Positions 19,570-28,400 of a stretch of 44,958 nucleotides of DNA are shown piece by piece (position 1 is the stretch's first letter; every line of letters starts with the position of its first letter). This stretch comes from Gammaproteobacteria bacterium (GTDB taxonomy: Bacteria; Pseudomonadota; Gammaproteobacteria; SZUA-229). Both the position numbers and the translations under genes were made by a program. Under the pieces are notes generated by a model, which was not told the origin of the DNA, did no database searches, and saw nothing but the letters and a program-made list of their open reading frames with translations. The stretch lies in the NCBI GenBank assembly GCA_030637945.1, contig DAOWFN010000092.1, positions 1 through 44,958 on the forward strand, given 5' to 3'.

Positions 19570-20655
19570 TTATAGTTCCTCACTAACAATAATGCGCGAA
19601 GTTGGTGATTTATTTAGGAATTTGATGCGTTTTTCCATCGCAGAAGTTAGGTGGATGTTTCCATCCGCGTCAATCAGCATGACATAACGTACCTTCATGC
19701 TTTTAGCGATGGCCTGCCAGTCCTTACTGCCGGCAACAAATAATGCAGTGGCCGCGGCATCGGCACGCCCTGCATCGGTATGTATCACTGTCACCGATTG
19801 TGCGTCGTCTGTTGGATAGCCTGTTTTCGGGTTGAGGATGTGGTGGAAACGTTTAGAACGGTAGGTATAAAATCGTTCGTAATCGCCAGATGTAAAAACA
19901 CTCTCATCGCTGTTAACTTCAACACTTGCCAGTATCTTATTATTACGTGGGTGCCGGATGCCGATGTTCCATGCACGGTTACCGTGTTGCCCGATGACAC
20001 TGAGATCACCACCGGCATTAATGACCGCGTTGTGTATGCCGAGTGCCTGTAGGTGTCTGACGCCGAGGTTGATCGCATAGCCTTTTGCGAAGGCGCCAAA
20101 GTTGAGTAATACAGCAGGGTTGGTATTTATTAGCTGTTTATCAGCGTTGAACGATAGATCGCTCATCTGTGGATTTTTGTTGATTAAATCTTGAATCATG
20201 GCGTCGTCAGGCGGTTGGATATCTTCATCCTGATATTTATGGAACTGCCAGAGGTTAATCAACTGCCCGATCGCCGGATTGTAATAATTATGGCTCTGTT
20301 GGCTTAGATCGATGGAGGTCTGGATAATTGGAATGAGGTGTGCGGGTACTGATATTACCGATTGAGTGCTTAGTTGTTTATTTAGCTGTGCCAGGTCACC
20401 GTTGGTCCATGGTGACCAATCCAGATGGTTTTTATCGAAAAGCTGCTGGAGTTGAGTGAAGGCGTTATCAGCTTGCTGTTGGTCGACATCATATAATGTG
20501 ATATCGATTAAAGTACCAAATGCAAAGATGCTGTAATCATACTGTTTTTCTATTTGATTGCAGGCGCTAACAAGTATCGTTGATACAGCTAGAATGATAG
20601 CAGGGAAAATAACAGATAAGCGTTGCTGGATCAGGACAAGTGCTGTTTTATACAT
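19570..20655 (-). CDS. apbE: ApbE-family FAD:protein FMN transferase, lipoprotein
   Basis: 361 aa with lipobox ILVSAC. Motifs FAFGTLIDITLY, GAFAKGYAI, INAGGDL and TSGDYERF. Confidence 0.85.
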   Translation of the reverse strand: MYKTALVLIQQRLSVIFPAIILAVSTILVSACNQIEKQYDYSIFAFGTLIDITLYDVDQQQADNAFTQLQQLFDKNHLDWSPWTNGDLAQLNKQLSTQSVISVPAHLIPIIQTSIDLSQQSHNYYNPAIGQLINLWQFHKYQDEDIQPPDDAMIQDLINKNPQMSDLSFNADKQLINTNPAVLLNFGAFAKGYAINLGVRHLQALGIHNAVINAGGDLSVIGQHGNRAWNIGIRHPRNNKILASVEVNSDESVFTSGDYERFYTYRSKRFHHILNPKTGYPTDDAQSVTVIHTDAGRADAAATALFVAGSKDWQAIAKSMKVRYVMLIDADGNIHLTSAMEKRIKFLNKSPTSRIIVSEEL

Positions 20656-21605
20656 TGCATCAGGTCGCCGGCGATGTCCAGTGAGTATATCTGGTCGAGT
20701 TCTCGTATGCAGGTAGGGCTGGTAATATTTATTTCTGTCAGATAATCACCAATAATATCGATACCGGCAAACAATATGCCCTGTTGTTTTAACACCGGAC
20801 CAACTTGCTGGCATATCCAGTGGTCACGTTCGGTGAGTTCAACGCCGACACCTGTGCCACCGGCGGCAAGATTGCCACGTGTTTCACCAGCAGCAGGGAT
20901 GCGCGCTAAAGCATAAGGTACCGCGCTGCCATCGATCAATAAAACACGTTTATCTCCATTGATGATCTCGGGGATGAATTGCTGGGCCATTACTGTACGA
21001 GATTCATTTTCAGATACTGTTTCAAGGATGACGGAGAGGTTTGGGTCTTGCGGGTTGACCCGGTAGATGGATGTGCCGCCCATACCGTCCAGTGGTTTTA
21101 AAATAACATCTTGCTGTTCGGTCTCATATCGCTGAACAATGAAATCACGTAAACGTTGCTTATTTCTGCTGACCAGAAAAGGGGTGCAGCATTGCGGGAA
21201 CTGCGTGATAAACATTTTTTCATTATTGTCACGCAAACTCGCCGGTCTGTTGACTATAAGTGTCCCGTTTTGTTCTGCAAGTCCTAAAATGTAGGTGCTG
21301 GCAATGTATTCGATATCGAATGGCGGGTCTTTTCGCATCAGGATGACGTCCAGCGAGCTCAGGTCAATATCCTGCTCTTTAGTGAAGTCAAACCAGTGAT
21401 CTGGATTATCATCTACATGGGTTATTCGACTAAGAGCTTTGGGTATTTCATTTTCGGTATAGAGATCTTCCTGGTAGATGGTATGGATTTCCCAGCCTGA
21501 TTTCTGAGCCGCCAGCATCATGGAAAAACTGCTGTCTTTTTTTATATTGATAGCTGGCAAGGGATCCATGACGACGCCTATTTTAATGCTCACGAAATTC
21601 TCCAT
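20631..21605 (-). CDS. gshB: Glutathione synthetase GshB
   Basis: Using the internal ATG at 21605 gives 324 aa starting MENFVSIKIGVVMDPLPAINIKKDSSF, collinear with E. coli GshB. The track ORF carries 34 extra N-terminal codons. Confidence 0.92.
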   Translation of the reverse strand: MENFVSIKIGVVMDPLPAINIKKDSSFSMMLAAQKSGWEIHTIYQEDLYTENEIPKALSRITHVDDNPDHWFDFTKEQDIDLSSLDVILMRKDPPFDIEYIASTYILGLAEQNGTLIVNRPASLRDNNEKMFITQFPQCCTPFLVSRNKQRLRDFIVQRYETEQQDVILKPLDGMGGTSIYRVNPQDPNLSVILETVSENESRTVMAQQFIPEIINGDKRVLLIDGSAVPYALARIPAAGETRGNLAAGGTGVGVELTERDHWICQQVGPVLKQQGILFAGIDIIGDYLTEINITSPTCIRELDQIYSLDIAGDLMQCIKQHLS

Positions 21606-21837
21606 TGTGGTCAAAAGTGTTGATTTGACACAGTTTAACAGCAATTTGACAGTGATTTTTAAGTGCGGGTTAGTAAATAATTTTATCCTTAGCAAAAACG
21701 TGGCCAATATCGTTACAGTTTTTATGAATAGTTGGCAATACGTAGAATGTGGTCTACATTTAGTTATAGTGTTTATTTTGGCTGGTTTTTAATTTGACGT
21801 TTTAAAATGGTACAGTGATGATTGAAGAGACTTTGTT

Positions 21838-22212
21838 ATGAATGACCTAAAAGTAATGGTTATTGATGACAGCAAAACAATTAGGCGAACGGCAGAAAAC
21901 CTGCTTACAAAAGAAGGTTGCGAGGTGGTGACAGCGGTTGATGGTTTTGAGGCGTTATCAAAGATTGCCGAGAACAAGCCGGATATTATATTTGTCGATA
22001 TCATGATGCCCAGACTAGACGGTTACCAGACCTGCGCTTTAATAAAAAACAATACAACATTTAAAGATACACCGGTCATCATGTTATCAAGTAAGGATAG
22101 TATTTTTGACCGCGCGCGCGGCCGTATTGTTGGTTCTACACAATATTTAACAAAACCCTTTACCAAGGAAGATTTGATAGGAGCGATACAGGAGCACGCG
22201 CCGGCAAGATAG
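21838..22212 (+). CDS. pilG: CheY-like response regulator PilG
   Basis: 124 aa receiver domain. VMVIDDSKTIRR, FVDIMMPRLDGY and YLTKPF, in first position of the pilGHIJ-chpA cluster. Confidence 0.9.
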   Translation: MNDLKVMVIDDSKTIRRTAENLLTKEGCEVVTAVDGFEALSKIAENKPDIIFVDIMMPRLDGYQTCALIKNNTTFKDTPVIMLSSKDSIFDRARGRIVGSTQYLTKPFTKEDLIGAIQEHAPAR

Positions 22213-22294
22213 CAGGAAATGAAACTAATATTAAAAATACTGAGTACGGTCAATCGAATTCAGTTGGTAATGAAAACATAGCGGTGAGTAAGAT

Positions 22295-22660
22295 ATGGCA
22301 AAAGTAATGATAGTTGATGATTCGCCTACAGAAGTGCATGTATTAACAACCATGTTGACTAAAAATGGCCATGAAGTGGTAACCGCGACATCGGGTGAAG
22401 ACGGCGTAGAGATGGCAAAAATAGAACAGCCAGATCTGATTTTGATGGATGTGGTAATGCCGGGTATGAATGGTTTTCAGGCTACGCGCCAGATTTCAAA
22501 AAATGACGAAACGTCTTCGATCCCCGTTATCATGGTAACGACGAAAGATCAGGAAACAGATAAGGTTTGGGCAATGCGTCAGGGCGCAAAAGATTACATC
22601 GTAAAGCCTGTGCAGGAAAAGGCCCTGATAGAGCATGTAAACATGGTTTTGTCTGCGTAG
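22295..22660 (+). CDS. pilH: CheY-like response regulator PilH
   Basis: 121 aa receiver domain. VMIVDDSPTE, LMDVVMPGMNGF and YIVKPV. Confidence 0.9.
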   Translation: MAKVMIVDDSPTEVHVLTTMLTKNGHEVVTATSGEDGVEMAKIEQPDLILMDVVMPGMNGFQATRQISKNDETSSIPVIMVTTKDQETDKVWAMRQGAKDYIVKPVQEKALIEHVNMVLSA

Positions 22661-22709
22661 ATTATAGATAGTGATTTTTTGTAAAAACAATCGATGTGAA
22701 TAATAAGCG

Positions 22710-23246
22710 ATGAATATTAACAACCCATTTGATGTATTGCAGGACCTTGAGAGACGAACCTTAAAAGGCGCGACAGGGTTGCCCGCGCTGGACCGGATTG
22801 AAGAAGAGTGGGTAGGTGTAGGCTTTAGAGTCGGTGATGCAAAACTGATCGCATCGATGGCAGATGTAAAAGAAATTCTCGAGCTGCCTGAATATACTTA
22901 CGTACCAGGTGTCAAGTCGTGGATCGTGGGCATTGCTAACGTGCGTGGCAGTTTGTTGCCTATTATGGATATGAAGGGCTTTTTACTGGGTGATGATATC
23001 AAGCAGCGGCATAAAGGCAGGGTTATCGTTATCGATTGCAAAGGCTTTAATACAGGGTTAATCGTCGACGAAATATTTGGCATGCGGCATTTCAGGGAGA
23101 GTGACGAAACAGAAGATTTTCCTGAAATGCATGAAAGCATATCACCGTATGTAGAACGGGCTTACAAGCAGGATGATGAACATTGGCCTGTGTTTAGTTT
23201 TAATGAAATGGCAGAAGATGAGCGCTTTGCGCATGCGTCGTTGTAA
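22710..23246 (+). CDS. pilI: CheW-like coupling protein PilI
   Basis: 178 aa CheW domain (VGIANVRGSLLPIMDMKGFL). Sits between pilH and pilJ. Confidence 0.88.
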   Translation: MNINNPFDVLQDLERRTLKGATGLPALDRIEEEWVGVGFRVGDAKLIASMADVKEILELPEYTYVPGVKSWIVGIANVRGSLLPIMDMKGFLLGDDIKQRHKGRVIVIDCKGFNTGLIVDEIFGMRHFRESDETEDFPEMHESISPYVERAYKQDDEHWPVFSFNEMAEDERFAHASL

Positions 23247-23346
23247 CTGTTAAAAAAATAACGAAACGACAGAAATATATAACTAGAAAGACTACTGATT
23301 ACATTAACTTAGAAATAGTGAATCAGGTTGATTGGAGAGAATCCGT

Positions 23347-25407
23347 ATGAGTGCACAACACAAAAGTATCGCGATCGGTAAACCGCTGGTAATACTCGGC
23401 GTTTTACTACCAGTATTTATTATCCTTATGTTAGGCAGCCTGGTTTATGTGGGTGATAAACGAGCGGCCTTGCAGCGTCATGTAGAATTATCAGCTGATC
23501 AATTATTATTGTCTCAGCAGATGGCAACGTTTTCTTTAGGTGCGTCTTCCGGTAGTGAAGCATCTTTTGACCGCCTGCTTGACTCACGAATCAGGTTTGA
23601 TACGGTGTTGGATACATACCGCTCTGGAGACCTCCTTACAGAAAAATTATCAGAGGAGTTGATACCTGAGCTTGATCCGGTTGAAGAAAAATGGAGAAAC
23701 TACAGGAATAACATCGAGGTTATCCTAAATGGTCGCCAGGCGATTACTGAAGTAAAAGATCTGTATGAAGTAATCGAAAGTTTTATCCCGCAGATGCTGA
23801 CGTACTCTGATGAAGTCGTTGGTGTGTTAATCAAGAAGAAGGCATCTTCGAGACAGATTTATCTGGCGACACGTCAGATGATGTTGTCACAACGTATTAA
23901 AAATAATTTGAATCAGGTGTTAGCAGGTGGTGAAGCTGCCGCAGCTGCTGCAGACAGGTTTGGTCGAGATGCGGCGTTATTTGGCCGTGTTCTTGAGGGT
24001 CTGTTAAAAGGTTCGAAAGGTTTGCGTATCGAAAAGGTTACCGATAAAGAAGCCATCGGTAAACTCCGCGAAGTAGCTATGCTGATTAGTGCGGTGAGCG
24101 ATAATATAGCCGGTATTCTGGAGTTGTCGCCAGAGTTGTTTGAGGTGAAAGATGCAGCAGGTTCGGTTGGCACGGATTCTGAAAATTTACTGATAGCAAC
24201 AGAAGCTTTCCAGGAAAAGATTATTGCTCAAGGTGAGCAGCTGGATAACATCCAGTTGTTAGGTGTGGGTTTTGGTGGCGCGGCCGTACTGTTCATCATT
24301 ATCGGCGGTATCTTGATGCTGAAACAAGCAAGAAAACGTGAGGAAAATGCGTTGGAAAATAATCGACGCAACCAACGTGCGATTCTTCAATTGCTTGATG
24401 AGATGGCAAACCTTGCTGATGGTGACTTAACAGTGCATGCGACAGTATCTGAAGAGATTACAGGTGCGATAGCCGACTCGGTGAACTTCACCATCGACGC
24501 GTTGCGTAGTCTGGTTACCACGATAAACACGACCGCTTCTGAAGTATCTGAATCAACTGAGAGAACACAACATACTGCGACTGAATTAGCAGAAGCGTCC
24601 AATAAACAGGCGCGTGAAATAGCCTCGGCCAGTGCTGCTGTGACAGATATGGCTGACTCTATGTCAGCGGTATCTGAAGACGCGGATAACTCAGCACAGG
24701 TAGCGCAACAGTCGGTGGATATAGCGCAGAAAGGTGCACAGGTAGTACGTAATTCAATCGGTTCTATGGAGAATATCCGAGAAACGATTCAGGAAACATC
24801 AAAACGGATCAAACGATTAGGTGAGTCATCGCAGGAGATTGGCGATATCGTGGGGCTGATTACAGAGATCGCTGACCAGACAAACATCCTTGCATTGAAT
24901 GCAGCAATTCAGGCATCAACTGCAGGTGATGCAGGCCGTGGTTTCGCCGTGGTGGCGGATGAGGTGCAACGTCTTGCAGAGCGTGCTGGTAATGCGACCA
25001 AGCAGATCGAGGGTTTGGTAAATACCATTCAGGCAGATACCAATGAAGCGGTTAAATCCATGGAGTTGAGTACGGCCGGTGTTGTAAATGGTGCAGCCAT
25101 GGCAGAGGATGCGGGCGTCGCATTGAAAGAAATTGAGTCGGTGTCTAATGAATTGTCACATCTTATTAAAGGAATTTCTGATTCTACCAAGCAGCAATCC
25201 AAGGTGGCGTTGTCTGTATCAGACACCATGAACATTATTCAGGAGATTACCTTGCAGACATCTGAAGGTACTGAGGAAACATCAACTTCATTGACCGCGT
25301 TGAATGAGTTGTCGTCTGAATTGGGGCGTTCAGTATCCGGCTTTAAACTGCCATCATCCAATGATGATGGTAGTGTCGAAACAGTTATTCTGCAGAGTCA
25401 GGCGTAA
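23347..25407 (+). CDS. pilJ: Methyl-accepting chemotaxis-type receptor PilJ
   Basis: About 686 aa from the ATG at 23347 (GGAGAG RBS upstream). Two TM segments, HAMP, and the MCP signalling hairpin [41 protein letters not shown]. Confidence 0.92.
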   Translation: MSAQHKSIAIGKPLVILGVLLPVFIILMLGSLVYVGDKRAALQRHVELSADQLLLSQQMATFSLGASSGSEASFDRLLDSRIRFDTVLDTYRSGDLLTEKLSEELIPELDPVEEKWRNYRNNIEVILNGRQAITEVKDLYEVIESFIPQMLTYSDEVVGVLIKKKASSRQIYLATRQMMLSQRIKNNLNQVLAGGEAAAAAADRFGRDAALFGRVLEGLLKGSKGLRIEKVTDKEAIGKLREVAMLISAVSDNIAGILELSPELFEVKDAAGSVGTDSENLLIATEAFQEKIIAQGEQLDNIQLLGVGFGGAAVLFIIIGGILMLKQARKREENALENNRRNQRAILQLLDEMANLADGDLTVHATVSEEITGAIADSVNFTIDALRSLVTTINTTASEVSESTERTQHTATELAEASNKQAREIASASAAVTDMADSMSAVSEDADNSAQVAQQSVDIAQKGAQVVRNSIGSMENIRETIQETSKRIKRLGESSQEIGDIVGLITEIADQTNILALNAAIQASTAGDAGRGFAVVADEVQRLAERAGNATKQIEGLVNTIQADTNEAVKSMELSTAGVVNGAAMAEDAGVALKEIESVSNELSHLIKGISDSTKQQSKVALSVSDTMNIIQEITLQTSEGTEETSTSLTALNELSSELGRSVSGFKLPSSNDDGSVETVILQSQA

Positions 25408-25429
25408 TTAAAAGTCAGGTGATCGGATT

Positions 25430-28400
25430 ATGAATCCTAATAATACGATTGAGTACAATTCACTCAGCTGGGTGAAGACGCAGCTGGACGATGTTTTATC
25501 CGATGCGCAGTCCAATCTCAATGAATATATTGAAAACAAGGCAGATGAGCACCTGGAAAATTGCATCGAACATTTGCAATTGGTATACGGCACATTGCAG
25601 ATGGTGGAAGTATACGGCGCTTCGATGCTGGCTGAGGAGATGAAGCTTACGACCGTTGCGCTGTTAGAAGGCAAGGTCGAAAGCCCATATGATGCGTACG
25701 ATGTTCTTATGCGTGCCATGTTGCAACTGCCCGATTACCTGGAAAGTGTTCAAGTCGGTAAACCTGATGCGCCCATCGCATTGATGCCATTAATAAATGA
25801 TTTACGTGTGGTGCGTAAAGAGGGCTTGTTGACAGAGGGCGCTCTGTTTTCTCCTGATGTTGAAAATGCTGTTATGGCCTCCGAATCATATGAAGCAGCA
25901 AGCATAGAGCCAGGAAAACTTCAAGATGAAGTAAAACGATTGCGTACACATTACCAGTTGGGCTTGCTCGATTACATCAAAAATAATAAAGAAAGCGCTG
26001 GCTTGCAACGTATCAAGGCAGTATTAAATTCTTTGGAAAGAGTTAGCAGTAATGCTGAAGTCCGCAATATCTGGATGGTGGTTGGCGCGCTCGTTGAAGG
26101 CTTGATAAATAAGGGCATAGAAACAAATTTAAGCATCAAGACACTATTAGGTGATGTCGATCGCCAGTTAAAATTAATTCTTGATACGGATGAAGATGAA
26201 TTTTCAAATCAGTATTCTAAAGAGATGGTTAAAAATGCTCTTTATTATGTTGGTTCTTGTGCAGTAGAAAGTGACAGTATATCTGTTGTCAAAAAAGCAT
26301 ATAGATTAAATGATCTGATGCCACAGGAAGCAGATGACGCCAGTGCTGCAATCGGCGGTTTAAATGCTGACCTGTTTGATACAGTATCAAAAGGCATTAC
26401 AGAAGATCTGGCGCAGGTTAAAGATGTCCTTGAGTTGTTTATGCATAGTAATGAGCAGGATTTAGAAAGGCTTGTCCCCGTTGCTGAACAGTTAGGAAAG
26501 ATTGGCGATACCTACGGCATGTTAGGCATGGGGGCTACGCGCCAGTCGATACTGGATCAGCGTGCAGTACTGGAAAAAATTATCAGCGGTGAAGAAGAAG
26601 CTAGTCAAAAGATTGTATTGGAGATCGCATCTGGACTATTAAACGCTGAAGCTGAACTTAAAGATTATATTGCGGAGCGTTCAGGCTTTGTTGATATGAA
26701 TCGTGATAAAGAGGTGAAATCGGTGCCTGCATCTGAGTATCGCCAGGTAATATTTACCGTGGTATCTGAAGCGATGAAAAATTTCAGTGATGCGAAGGAT
26801 GCTGTTTTATCATACGTTTCAGGTATCGGTGATAAAGAGCAACTCGAGATAATAATAGACCGATTGGAAGAGGTCCGTGGTGTTGCGATGATGCTCTCGT
26901 TGCGTCGCGTTGGATCTCAGATCGAGAAATTACAGGATTATGTTCGCGTTGTAATGTTAAACAATAAGCACAATGCGACCGCTGATGAGCAGGATACGGT
27001 TGCTGATGTTGTGACATCTATCGAATATTACTTCGAAGCATTGTCAGAAGGCCGTCCAGGCGTCGAGCAAGGTTTAAATGCTGGCGATGAAGCCGCATTG
27101 AAGCTGGAAGTGATAACTCAGACCTACCTTGAAGAGATAGATGAGTTAGATGATGACAAAGAAGTAGTGGCTGAAAGGCAGCAAGCAGAAGAACAAGTTG
27201 CGGATAATGTTATCGCGTTTGAAAGTAAAGAAATTACGGTAACAGAGACTGCTGAAGCAGAAGGTGAATCAGGTGAGAATACTGTCGCCGATGAAGTTGT
27301 CTCTCAGGATGCGCAGCAACAAGACGTAACGCAATACAAGATACTTGCTGATGACGCAGATGAAGAGATTGTAGAAATTTTTATCGAAGAAGCGGTGGAG
27401 GTGCTCAGTGAGCTGCATGAATATTTGCCGCAATGGCAAGCCGATACAGAGAATGAAGAAGCGTTAGCTGTTGTTCGACGTAGTTTCCATACCTTAAAAG
27501 GCAGTGGCCGACTACTAGGCGCCGAGATGATAGGTGAGTTTTCATGGAAATTTGAAAACATGCTTAACTGCTTTATTGAAAATAAGATAATTGTCAGTGA
27601 TGCGATGAATCAGGCATTAGATGAAGCTCTGGCTGTACTGCCACAACTGATTGAGCAGTTAAAGGGTAATCAGGAGCCTATCGATAATATCGCTCAACTG
27701 ATGTCTTCTGCTGACGCCATAGCTGAGGGGCGTGATGTTACGTTTGCACCAGTTGACGAGATAGAAAAAGAAAATGGTATCGAAGTAAGTGAAGATATCG
27801 ATATCATCGACGATGATGTCGACGAACTTATGCTTGATGATATCACTATAGATAATGATTCAGATACGGATATTCCTGAGTTAGATGGTGAAAATAAATT
27901 TTTGATTGAGGAAATACAGCCCAACACAGATAGTCAGGAAGAAGAGGATCTGGAGGCAACACCTGATATTGAAACTAAAGGTGCAGAGGTCACTGTTGAT
28001 GATGTCGTCGAAGAAGATATTATTGAAGAAATTGTGTCATTGGATGCAACAAATATTGCTGAAGATGATTTCGAGATGGAATTTGAAAATGTCAAAGAAT
28101 CTGACACTGATGTTACTGTGGAAGATGACAGCGGTACAGATGAGAGTGGAGTAACAGAAAAAGAAGTAGTGATCGAGTCTTCATATGATGATGACGAGAT
28201 AGAAGTAATCATAACTGAAGAAGGGTCTGAAGTTAGTCTGGCAGGTGATGAGTTAGATATAGACCCGATGTTACTCAAAATTTATCATGATGAAAGTACT
28301 GGCCATCTTAACGATATCAAACAAAAGTTTGATGAATACGATTCTGGTAATAAACCATTACAGGCAGATAAAACTTTGCTCCGTGCTTTTCATACCTTGT

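Noticed and set aside
27694-28278. Ser-rich minus-strand ORFs (77 aa and 114 aa) inside chpA
   Set aside because: They are the mirror image of the GAx-rich codons that encode the Asp/Glu linkers of ChpA. They have no independent start context or domain signature.
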